From positions 512,001 to 576,000 of the forward strand of contig CBDESU010000001.1 in NCBI GenBank assembly GCA_965242695.1: a stretch of DNA of 64,000 nucleotides, given 5' to 3'. The notes under the pieces are model-generated. The model saw nothing but the letters and a program-made list of their open reading frames with translations, made no database searches and was not told where the DNA came from. This stretch comes from Cenarchaeum sp. (lineage in GTDB: Archaea > Thermoproteota > Nitrososphaeria > Nitrososphaerales > Nitrosopumilaceae). Shown piece by piece: positions 1 through 8,387 of the stretch. Every line of letters begins with the position of its first letter. Positions within the stretch are counted from its first letter, which is position 1. Position numbers and translations under genes: made by a program.

Positions 1-92
1 ACGCCGGCAGCGACTCCTCGGCGCAGCCGGCCTTGCGATCGCGCCTCCGAGGTGCTATGCGCGGCGCCCTCCAACCGCAGGCGCCCCGCCAT
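1..92 (-). pseudogene. Degenerate copy of the start of the TPR array of 977-1717 (runs off the window edge)
   Basis: Bases 1-20 (acgccggcagcgactcctcg) match the TPR unit exactly (e.g. 1105-1124). The minus strand reads MAGR...GAAH, then after frameshifts KAGCAEESLPA, like MTGR...GAAY..KAGRVEESLPAY. Confidence 0.6.
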
Positions 93-196
93 GGGGTACG
101 ATGGACGGGGAAGAGTGGTGGGGATCTGACCACCCACGGCGATGCTCCGTAAGCCGCTTTTGAATGCTTATATGGCCGGCTGATTCGCAACCCGAC

Positions 197-625
197 ATGG
201 CGATGGCTGACCCGAAGCGAGCGTCACGGGGCAGCGGCGGGGCGGATGCCGCCGCGCCGCGCGCGCGGCCGGCTCCGGCGGCAGTCCAAAGGCAGGCGCG
301 CCCCGATTTTACCCGTCCGTCGAGCCTATCCGCGCGCAGATGTCCGCCTGCCGAGGGTCAGGTGACCGAGGGTTACGACGTGCTGGCGGATCTAGACCGG
401 CTCATTGCAGGGGACGCTGACGATGCATGCAGGGCGCGGCTCGGGGCGTGGCACAGGGAGCAGATCGAGCAGAACCAGAAGGAGATCAGGGAGGAGATCG
501 AGGAGGGGATCAGGGAGGAGATCGAGGAGGGGATCAGGGCGCAGATTGACTACGACACCCGCGTGGGCATCACTAGGGATCTGGTGCGCGCATACGCCCT
601 CCCACCGGTTCCGGAGCCGTCCTAG
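197..625 (+). CDS. Hypothetical small protein, paralog of 18323-18739
   Basis: TATA box cttatatg at about 168-175 and start MAMADPKR at 197. C-terminus IDYDTRVGITRDLVRAYAL matches IDYNSRVGIPRDLIRAYGL in the paralog. Internal 24-nt repeat (IREEIEEG x2). Confidence 0.7.
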   Translation: MAMADPKRASRGSGGADAAAPRARPAPAAVQRQARPDFTRPSSLSARRCPPAEGQVTEGYDVLADLDRLIAGDADDACRARLGAWHREQIEQNQKEIREEIEEGIREEIEEGIRAQIDYDTRVGITRDLVRAYALPPVPEPS

Positions 626-883
626 CGCCGTCCAAGCTCCCTTCTCGGCGCTCGCGTACGCTTGCATCCGTCGAGGTTTTTTGCACTGCCGTTTTTTCCA
701 TCCGTACGACTAGGCCGCCTGCGCGTAGTCCCCGCGTTGCCGTACTCTTGTAACTAGGGTGGCGGGCCTGGGTGGACATCAAGTCTTGTGCGATGCTCTG
801 TCCTTGCTCCGATTATGCCTCAGGGCGCCTCGTGGGGGACTCCCTGTCGAGCTGTTTCTGCCACCGTGTTGCATAACCAAGTG

Positions 884-918
884 TTGACGCCTACGGCATA
901 GTAGCACGTAGGCGTCAA
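884..918. terminator. Perfect 12-bp stem-loop between convergent genes
   Basis: ttgacgcctacg, 11-nt loop, cgtaggcgtcaa; about 60 nt past the TPR gene stop. Function unproven. Confidence 0.4.
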
Positions 919-976
919 GATGGCCCTTATCCAACACGGCAGTTTCCGCCCGCACGCCATTCGCCGTCTGTGCGCA

Positions 977-1717
977 CTACCTGTAACCAAACGCCTTGTC
1001 GCGGGCCTCGTCGGCTTCCTTGCTCCTGCCTGCCTCGGCCAGCGCCTTGGCAAGATCAATCCACACCCTTGCATTCCCCGCGTCCAGCTCGGCGGCCCTC
1101 CTGTACGCCGGCAGCGACTCCTCGACGCGGCCCGACTCGTAGAGCGCGCCGGCCAGGCCCAGGTGCGCCCTTGCATTCCCCGCGTCCAGCTCGGCGGCCC
1201 TCCTGTACGCCGGCAGCGACTCCTCGATGCGGCCTGTCCTGAAGAGCGCGCCGGCCAGGCCCAGGTGCGCCCTTGCATTCCCCGCGTCCAGCTCGGCGGC
1301 CCTCCTGTACGCCGGCAGCGACTCCTCGATGCGGCCTGTCCTGAAGAGCGCGCCGGCCAGGCCCAGGTGCGCCCTTGCATTCCCCGCGTCCAGCTCGGCG
1401 GCCCTCCTGTACGCCGGCAGCGACTCCTCGATGCGGCCTGTCCTGAAGAGCGCGCCGGCCAGGCCCAGGTGCACCCCTGCATTCCCCGCGTCCAGCTCGG
1501 CGGCCCTCCTGTACGCCGGCACCGACTCCTCGATGCGGCCCGACTTGTAGAGCGCGCCGGCCAGGCCCAGGTGCGCCCCTGCATTCCCCGCGTCCAGCTC
1601 GGCGGCCCTCCTGTACGCCGGCAGCGACTCCTCGACGCGGCCTGCCTTGAAGAGCTCGCTGGCGAGCCCCCTATACGCGGCCCCTCGCCCCAGCTCGCGC
1701 TCAATGCGGCCGGTCAT
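977..1717 (-). CDS. TPR-repeat protein (C-terminal part of a split HEPN-TPR protein)
   Basis: 34-aa repeats AHLGLAGALFRTGRIEESLPAYRRAAELDAGNA; ATGA overlap with the upstream ORF at 1714-1717. Confidence 0.85.
   Translation of the reverse strand: MTGRIERELGRGAAYRGLASELFKAGRVEESLPAYRRAAELDAGNAGAHLGLAGALYKSGRIEESVPAYRRAAELDAGNAGVHLGLAGALFRTGRIEESLPAYRRAAELDAGNARAHLGLAGALFRTGRIEESLPAYRRAAELDAGNARAHLGLAGALFRTGRIEESLPAYRRAAELDAGNARAHLGLAGALYESGRVEESLPAYRRAAELDAGNARVWIDLAKALAEAGRSKEADEARDKAFGYR
1066..1650. repeat. About six near-identical 102-nt tandem units (TPR coding)
   Basis: The unit gcattccccgcgtccagctcggcggccctcctgtacgccggc recurs with a 102-nt period (about 1066, 1168, 1270, 1372, 1474, 1576). 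Confidence 0.95.
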
Positions 1718-2916
1718 GGCGCCGTCGCCTCGGACTCCCTACCCGATCCGCTCCCAAAGTCCATCCTGTATGCGATGCTGACTGCGGCGCGGTACTCCTT
1801 GATCGCCTCCTTGTTGCGGCCGAGGGCGGCAAGCGAGTTTGCAAGCCCCGTGCGGCCGGCCGCGTCGTCCGGATCCTTCTCGATCGCCCTGCGGTACCAC
1901 CTTGCGGCGCTTTCGTACTGCCCCATCATGGCCAGTGCAAGGCCGCAGCCCGCACGCGCCGACAACTCCTCCGAGTCGAAGCGGAGCGCGTCCTCGTGGC
2001 ACTCTATGGCCAGGACGTCCCTTTCACTGTCCCTTGCCACGCCCAGGGCATGCCCCCCTGCGATGCGGGCCGGCACGTAGCCTGGATCCGCCCCTATCGA
2101 TCCCTTGTACATGAAAAGGGCCTCTTCGGGGCGCCCCGCCCGCACCATCAGGTGGCCCATCTCGAGGTGCGCCAGGGCGTAGCCGGGATTGACCTCCTGC
2201 GCCTTTTTGTAGCATGCCTCCGCCTCGCCCTCGCGGCCCAGCCTTGCATGCGCGTGCCCCGCGCAGGTGTGCACCCACGCGCCCAGCTTTCCGGCTATGT
2301 CGAGGCGGCCGCACACGCCGAGCACCCCCTCGTACGCCCTGCGCGCATCGGCGTACCTTCCGACAAGCGACATGGCGCGGCCCTCGACGAGCAGGAGCGC
2401 GGTCATGTACCGCGGGCGCCCGGCAAGGACGGCGCATATGACGTCCCTGACTATGGCGTACGCCCTGGCCTCGTTGAACCTTACGATGCCCACGGTGTGC
2501 GTGAGGGCATGCCTTGTCCTGAACAGCCATCGGAGCCGCCTTCCATGCGTCTTGAGGAGCCTGCGCAGGACGGGTATGCCGCGCCACTCGGCCATTTCCA
2601 TGATCGACTTGGCGCTCTGAAAGGTGCTGGCCGACGCCTCGATCCTGGACTCTGCCAGGGCGACCGCCCTGCTGAGGCCCCTGACGGACCTGATGACGAT
2701 GCGCCGCGCCCCGCGTCCCCTGTCCATGTCGAGCTCGAGGATCAGCCTGAGAAACTGCTCTAGGACGGTCACGGACTGCGTGACCACCCCCATCCGCGCC
2801 AGCTCGTTGCCCGTGCCGACGTTGGCCATGATCATGACCAGCCTTATGAACACGCCGAGCATGCTCTGCGTGACCAGCTCGGCCGTGAGGGGGTGGCTGC
2901 CCTTTCTTCGGTTCAC
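1714..2916 (-). CDS. HEPN-like domain plus TPR repeats
   Basis: TVLEQFLR...TFQS...RHALTH (R-x4-H) followed by TPRs. GTG at 2916 aligns with the paralog start; TATA box at about 2937-2944. Confidence 0.75.
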   Translation of the reverse strand: MNRRKGSHPLTAELVTQSMLGVFIRLVMIMANVGTGNELARMGVVTQSVTVLEQFLRLILELDMDRGRGARRIVIRSVRGLSRAVALAESRIEASASTFQSAKSIMEMAEWRGIPVLRRLLKTHGRRLRWLFRTRHALTHTVGIVRFNEARAYAIVRDVICAVLAGRPRYMTALLLVEGRAMSLVGRYADARRAYEGVLGVCGRLDIAGKLGAWVHTCAGHAHARLGREGEAEACYKKAQEVNPGYALAHLEMGHLMVRAGRPEEALFMYKGSIGADPGYVPARIAGGHALGVARDSERDVLAIECHEDALRFDSEELSARAGCGLALAMMGQYESAARWYRRAIEKDPDDAAGRTGLANSLAALGRNKEAIKEYRAAVSIAYRMDFGSGSGRESEATAP

Positions 2917-3016
2917 GACGGTGCCGCATCGCACTATTATTTAAGGTTTCAATACGGCTTAGGCGTAAAAGACGGCCCTGCTTCGCGCCAAGGCTCCAGG
3001 GGGCGATCTGCGCCAG

Positions 3017-3802
3017 GTGCGGCCCAGATTTAAATCATCCTCCCCGCCCGCGCGCCGCGTGCGCGTACACGGCCCGTCGGCCGCCCTCGGGGGCGGGATC
3101 GCCGCGGCCGCCGCGGTCGCCGCAGCGGCCGCCCTGCTGGCCCTTGCGCCGCCCCCTTCGGATCAGGGCGCCGCCGAGCCGGCCCTGCGGCCTGCCGGCG
3201 AGTACCCCGCGGGCGGGCGCGGCGCGCTCGACACGGCGGCCCTGCTCTCGGCCCTCACGGGCAATGCGCCGCCTGCCCTCGGCGACGAGGATGCGCCCGT
3301 CACGCTCGTAGAGTTCGGCGACTACCAGTGCCACTTTTGCAACCGCTTCTTCCACGACACGGAGGCGGCCATAGTCGAGGAATATGTCGACGCGGGCCTT
3401 GTCCGCATCATATTCAAGGACTATACGATAATCGGCCCCGACTCTGTGTCCGCGGCCCAGGCGGCGCGGTGCGCCGCCGACCAGGGCCTGTTCTGGGAGT
3501 ACCACGACGCCCTGTACAACGGGTGGGACGGCGAGAATACGGGGTGGGCGTCGGCCGAGGGCCTTGTGGCATTTGCGTCCTCCGTTGAAGGCCTCGACGA
3601 GGACGTGTGGTCGGCATGCGTGTCGGCCGGGGAGCACGCGGCCGCCGTCGATGCGAGCAACGCCGATGCGCGCGCGCTCGGCCTTACGGGCACGCCGGCG
3701 TTCTTTGTCATAAGCGACGGCGGCGGCCGCATCGCGCAGATATCCGGCGCGCAGCCCTACGAGGTGTTCGCAGGGGTGTTCGACTCGGAGCTTGGCAGGT
3801 AG
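3017..3802 (+). CDS. DsbA-family thiol-disulfide oxidoreductase, membrane anchored (true start probably slightly downstream)
   Basis: EFGDYQCHFC (CxxC), GTPAF cis-Pro loop, GAQPY, N-terminal hydrophobic segment. Confidence 0.9.
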   Translation: MRPRFKSSSPPARRVRVHGPSAALGGGIAAAAAVAAAAALLALAPPPSDQGAAEPALRPAGEYPAGGRGALDTAALLSALTGNAPPALGDEDAPVTLVEFGDYQCHFCNRFFHDTEAAIVEEYVDAGLVRIIFKDYTIIGPDSVSAAQAARCAADQGLFWEYHDALYNGWDGENTGWASAEGLVAFASSVEGLDEDVWSACVSAGEHAAAVDASNADARALGLTGTPAFFVISDGGGRIAQISGAQPYEVFAGVFDSELGR

Positions 3803-3830
3803 CCGCCCGCGCGCCCCGGGCCGCCGATCC

Positions 3831-3935
3831 CTACCTGAACGAGTCGTACCCGCCGAACATCGGCGAGCCGAGCAGGAATGCGACGACGACGGCGGTGCCG
3901 AGGATCGCCCCGGCCACAATGTACCGCTTGTTCAC
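3831..3935 (-). CDS. 34-aa single-TM micro-protein (absent from the ORF track)
   Basis: Translates as MNKRYIVAGAILGTAVVVAFLLGSPMFGGYDSFR*; TTTTTAA box about 25 nt upstream on the minus strand. Confidence 0.6.
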   Translation of the reverse strand: MNKRYIVAGAILGTAVVVAFLLGSPMFGGYDSFR

Positions 3936-4035
3936 GGCCGCCGGCCGGCGCCGCCCGTTAAAAACCGTGGACGCTCTCGCCCGCCTGCCCCGGCCGCCCG
4001 ATTACCCTTTTAAGGAAACGCGCCGCGGGCGCCGC

Positions 4036-5430
4036 ATGGCCGCCGGAATCGACGACATGGCCGTGTACATACCGCGCCTGTACCTCGACGCCGACGACTT
4101 TGCGCAGATGCGCGGAGTCGACGCGACAAAGCTGCGCGACGGCCTCGGCGTCCACCAGATGGCCATAGTCGACAGCAACCAGGATCCCGCATGCATGGCG
4201 GCCAACGCGTGCCTGCGGATAATGCGCGCAAACGACCTCTCGCCGGCCGACGTCGGGAGGCTGTACGTCTCGACCGAGTCTTCGCTCGACGAGTCCAAGG
4301 CGATGAACTCTTACGTGATCGGCATGCTCGAGCAGGTGTACGGCGAGGGCTCGTTCGAGCACTGCGGCGGCGTCGAGACAAAGTTCGCATGCGTGAGCGG
4401 ATCGTACGCCCTGTACGACAACGCCAACTGGATACGCGCCGGCGAGGCCGAGGGGCAGCATGCGCTCGTCGTCGTCTCGGACATCGCAAAGTACGACATG
4501 GGATCGTCCGGCGAGATGACGCAGGGCGCCGGGGCGGTCGCGATCCTGCTCAACGACGAGCCGCGCATTTTGGCGTTCGACCCGCGCGTGACGGCCACGT
4601 CCATCCGCGACGAGTACGACTTTTACCGCCCGTTCGGCAAGGAGACGCCGATCGTGCACGGCCAGTACTCGAACCTCCTGTACCTCATACAGGTGCGCAA
4701 GGCGCTCGACCTGTACAAGAAAAAGGTCGCCGCCGCGGGCCTGCTCGACCTGGGCCCCGAAGAGTCGGTCCTGGACCGCATGGACTACATCAACATGCAC
4801 CTGCCCTACTCGAACATGGGGCGCAAGGCCCTTGCGTACCTCATGCGGCACGAGTGGAGGGGCCTGCCGCGCTGGGCCCCGCTGATCGAAAAGGTCGGCA
4901 TGGACGAGCCCGTCCCGAACGACCCGCGCGGGACGATCGAGTCGGTCATGGCCGACCGCGAGTTCATGCAGAGGGACCACGAGTTCCAGCGCCGCCTGAC
5001 CGCGACCGAAGAGTTCCGCTCGGTGTACGAGTCCAAGCTTGCAAGCTCGCTGATCGCGTCGGCCATGGTCGGCAACCTGTACACGGCGTCGCTGTACCTG
5101 GGCCTGCGCAGCACGCTGGAGTTCGAGCACCGCAAGGGCCTCGACCTGGCCGGCCGGCGGTTCGGGTTCGGATCGTACGGGTCGGGCAGCTCGGCGATGG
5201 TGTTCTCGGGGGTCGTCCAGGACGGGTACGCCGACAGGGTGCGCGGGATGGACATTGCCGCCGAGATCGGCGAGCGCCGGCGCCTCTCGCTAGGCGAGTA
5301 CGAGATGATACACGAGAACAAGCTCGCGCCGGAAGAGTCCATACTGCGGCCCTCTGGCGAGTTTTGCCTCGTGCAGGTAAAGACGTCGCCCGAGTCGCGC
5401 GGCGAGCGCCGCTACGCGTACGGCGGGTAG
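4036..5430 (+). CDS. mvaS: Hydroxymethylglutaryl-CoA synthase
   Basis: STESSLDESKA, ETKFACVSG (catalytic Cys), SDIAKY..GEMTQGAGAVA, HLPY, GNLYTASL, SYGSG; TTTTAA at about 4007. Confidence 0.93.
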   Translation: MAAGIDDMAVYIPRLYLDADDFAQMRGVDATKLRDGLGVHQMAIVDSNQDPACMAANACLRIMRANDLSPADVGRLYVSTESSLDESKAMNSYVIGMLEQVYGEGSFEHCGGVETKFACVSGSYALYDNANWIRAGEAEGQHALVVVSDIAKYDMGSSGEMTQGAGAVAILLNDEPRILAFDPRVTATSIRDEYDFYRPFGKETPIVHGQYSNLLYLIQVRKALDLYKKKVAAAGLLDLGPEESVLDRMDYINMHLPYSNMGRKALAYLMRHEWRGLPRWAPLIEKVGMDEPVPNDPRGTIESVMADREFMQRDHEFQRRLTATEEFRSVYESKLASSLIASAMVGNLYTASLYLGLRSTLEFEHRKGLDLAGRRFGFGSYGSGSSAMVFSGVVQDGYADRVRGMDIAAEIGERRRLSLGEYEMIHENKLAPEESILRPSGEFCLVQVKTSPESRGERRYAYGG

Positions 5431-5432
5431 CG

Positions 5433-6218
5433 ATGGCGCGCGGGGCGGCGGGCCGGCCGGGGCCCGCGGGCGCGGATGCGGCTGCGGCTGCCGCCGCCGC
5501 CGGGCCCCTCGATCTGCCGGAGCTCGCAAGGGCAGCCGCGTACGGCGCGATCGACGAGGTCGGCAGGGCTGCGATTGCCGCCGAGCTGCGCGGGGCGGCC
5601 GGCCGAGGGGGAGGCTCGGCGGGGGCAGCGCCGCCTGCCGCTGCGCCTGGCGGCCCGATCGACCGCGCCGTCCGCATCGCGGCCGGCCGCGCCGGCCTGC
5701 CAGACCCGCGCGCCGCCGCCTGCCCTCCCGAATTCGATGCGGCCGCCGCGGCCGTCCTGACCGCTCTCCTGCACTACCTGCTCTCCGCTGCCTCGGTGCC
5801 GAGCCAGCGCAGGGTGGCAGTCGGCGGCGAAGAGATCGACGTCGTCGTGCCGGATGCGGCCGGCCTGCCTGACGCGGTCGCGGTGTGCATCGCCGGCGAT
5901 GCCGGCCTGCCTGCCGCCGCATCGCGCATCGCGGCCGCATCGGCCGCGCTGCGGCTGCCTCGCGAGCGCGTTTGGGCCGCCGGGTGGTCGCGCTCTTTCG
6001 CGCACTCCAGGCCGGCCGCCGCCCTCCGCGCCCCCTCCCCGGGGCCTGCACGGGCGTACCTTGCATCCGACGGCTCGTTCTCGTCGCTCGTCCCCGACCT
6101 GGCAGCGTTTGCGGCCCTGCCAGCGGGGGAGGGAGGCGGCAGCGGCGGCGGCCGCCGCGGCAGGCGGCTCGGCCTGTCCGGTTTTGCAGACGGCGAGCGG
6201 CGCGCGAACAAGAATTAA
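5433..6218 (+). CDS. Hypothetical protein
   Basis: Starts 2 nt after the mvaS stop. Core TALLHYLLSAASVPSQRRVAVGGEEIDVVVPD looks conserved and restriction-fold-like. Confidence 0.6.
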   Translation: MARGAAGRPGPAGADAAAAAAAAGPLDLPELARAAAYGAIDEVGRAAIAAELRGAAGRGGGSAGAAPPAAAPGGPIDRAVRIAAGRAGLPDPRAAACPPEFDAAAAAVLTALLHYLLSAASVPSQRRVAVGGEEIDVVVPDAAGLPDAVAVCIAGDAGLPAAASRIAAASAALRLPRERVWAAGWSRSFAHSRPAAALRAPSPGPARAYLASDGSFSSLVPDLAAFAALPAGEGGGSGGGRRGRRLGLSGFADGERRANKN

Positions 6219-6276
6219 ATCGGATTCGGGCGCGGCCGCTTCAAGGGCGCCGGCAGAAGCGGGGGAACGGGGACGA

Positions 6277-7458
6277 ATGGACGACAGTGACGACGGCAGG
6301 ACTGCGAGCGGCGCGGGCGCCGCGGAGGCCCGGGCATCCGGCACCGCCTCCGTAGTCGACGCGGGCGATGGCGGCGCGGCCGCCGAACGGTCGGAAGGCG
6401 AGCGGGCCGGCGCGCCGGGGCCGCCGCCGGCGCCGGGATCGGCCGCCGCCGCCGCCGCCGGCTCGCTTCCGCCCGAGATCGAGGCCCTCAACGAGGCGGC
6501 TCGCGCGCACGCGGCCACGCTCGGCCGCGTGCACTCGGAGATCAGCAAGGTCGTCGTCGGCCAGGACGGGGTGATCGAAAAGCTCATCGTGGCGCTCGTC
6601 GCGCAGGGCCACGTCCTCTTGGAGGGCGTCCCGGGCCTTGCAAAGACGCTCCTTGTCAAGACGCTCGCCGAGTGCGTCGAGTGCAGGTCTGTCCGGCTCC
6701 AGTTCACCCCCGACCTGCTGCCGGCCGACATTACGGGCACAAAGGTGTACGACCACTCTACGGGCTCGTTCTCGACCGTCCTCGGCCCCGTATTCACAAA
6801 CCTCGTCCTGGCCGACGAGATCAACAGGGCCCCGCCAAAGGTGCAGTCGGCCCTGCTCGAGGCCATGCAGGAGGGGCAGGTGAGCATACAGGGCGAGACG
6901 CACTCGCTTGCCAGGCCGTTCTTTGTAATGGCCACGCAGAACCCGATAGAGTCCGAGGGGACGTACCGGCTCCCCGAGGCGCAGATGGACAGGTTCATGC
7001 TAAAGCTGCTCATCTCGCACCCGAGGCAGGAGGAGGAAGAGGTCATCATACGGCGGTTCACCGAGGGCGTCGAGCTGTCCGCCTCGGCCGTCGTCACGGC
7101 CGCCGAGCTGCTCGAGATGCAGGACTTTGCCAGGACCATATACGCCGACGCCGAGATACGCAGGTACGTCGCGCGCATAGTCGACGCGACGCGCCACCCC
7201 GAGAGGCACGGCATCGGGGAGGCCGCCGGCGGGCGCGTAGAGCACGGCGCCTCGCCGAGGGCGTCGATCTGGATCACGCTCGGCGCAAAGGCGCACGCGC
7301 TGCTGCGCGGCCGCGGCTACGTCGAGCCCGACGACGTGCGCGCCGTCGCGCCCGACGTCCTCAGGCACCGCATGCTGCTCTCGTACGAGGCCGAGGCCGA
7401 CGGGACGACGCCCGACGGGGTCATATCCGCAATACTCGACAGGGTCGAGACGCCGTGA
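6277..7458 (+). CDS. moxR: MoxR-family AAA+ ATPase
   Basis: GHVLLEGVPGLAKT, RLQFTPDLLPADITG, LADEINRAPPKVQSALLEAMQE, ATQNPIESEGTYRLPEAQMDRF. Confidence 0.95.
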   Translation: MDDSDDGRTASGAGAAEARASGTASVVDAGDGGAAAERSEGERAGAPGPPPAPGSAAAAAAGSLPPEIEALNEAARAHAATLGRVHSEISKVVVGQDGVIEKLIVALVAQGHVLLEGVPGLAKTLLVKTLAECVECRSVRLQFTPDLLPADITGTKVYDHSTGSFSTVLGPVFTNLVLADEINRAPPKVQSALLEAMQEGQVSIQGETHSLARPFFVMATQNPIESEGTYRLPEAQMDRFMLKLLISHPRQEEEEVIIRRFTEGVELSASAVVTAAELLEMQDFARTIYADAEIRRYVARIVDATRHPERHGIGEAAGGRVEHGASPRASIWITLGAKAHALLRGRGYVEPDDVRAVAPDVLRHRMLLSYEAEADGTTPDGVISAILDRVETP

Positions 7459-8387
7459 GCGGCGGGAGCGGGGGCTCGGGCGGCCCCGGAGCGGGAGGCG
7501 GCGCGGCGGCGAACGCGGCGGCGAGCGCGGCGAACGCGGCGGCGCTGCTGCGCGCCGCCGAGCGAATGGAACTGCATCCCAGGAGGCCCGTCGACGGCCT
7601 CGTGGCAGGCGCCCACAGGTCGGCGTTCCGCGGCCGCGGAGTAGAGTTCGCCGACCTCCGCGAGTACCGCCCGGGCGACGACGACGTGCGCGCCATAGAC
7701 TGGAACGTGACGGCGCGCCTCGGCAGCCCGCACGTGAGGGAGTTTGCCGAGGACCGCGAGACGCGCGTGTACGTCGTCCTCGACGTGTCCGGGTCGTGCT
7801 CGTTCGGCAGCGGCGCGGAGCCAAAGGCGGCAAGGGCCGCCGAGGCGGCGGCCGCCGTCCTTGCCGCCGCCGTGCGGTCAAACGACGCGGCCGCCGCGTT
7901 CTTTGTCGCCGGATCGCTGCGCGGCCGCGTGCCGCTCGGGAGGGGGCGCCGGCACGCGCTGCGCCTGCTGGCCGCGGCCCTTGCGTTCGGCGGCGGGGAG
8001 GGGCCGACGGACCTGGCCGCCTCGCTTGCGCGCGTCGCGTCCATGGCCCGCCGGCGCGGGTCGGTCTTTGTAATATCCGACCTCGAGGACCATACCGGCT
8101 ACGACCGGCCGCTGCGCCTCCTGTGCGCAAGGCACGACGTCACGGTGCTGCGCGTGTACGACCGGCGCGAGCGCGAGATGCCAGACGTGGGGCTCATCGA
8201 GCTGGAGGATGCCGAGACGGGCGAGCACATGACCGTCGACACGTCGGATGCGCGGTTCCGGCGCAGGTACGCAGAGGAGGCGGCCGCGCGCGAGGCGTCC
8301 GTGTCGAGGAGGATCGCAAGGGCCGGCGCCGCGTATGCGGCCGTCGAGGCCGGCGGCGGCGCGGCCGCGCGGGGGAGGGGGCCCTGA
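7455..8387 (+). CDS. DUF58 protein (MoxR associated)
   Basis: GAHRSAFRGRGVEFADLREYRPGDDDVRAIDWNVTAR, DVSGS, ISD; GTGA overlap with moxR. Confidence 0.9.
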   Translation: MSGGSGGSGGPGAGGGAAANAAASAANAAALLRAAERMELHPRRPVDGLVAGAHRSAFRGRGVEFADLREYRPGDDDVRAIDWNVTARLGSPHVREFAEDRETRVYVVLDVSGSCSFGSGAEPKAARAAEAAAAVLAAAVRSNDAAAAFFVAGSLRGRVPLGRGRRHALRLLAAALAFGGGEGPTDLAASLARVASMARRRGSVFVISDLEDHTGYDRPLRLLCARHDVTVLRVYDRREREMPDVGLIELEDAETGEHMTVDTSDARFRRRYAEEAAAREASVSRRIARAGAAYAAVEAGGGAAARGRGP

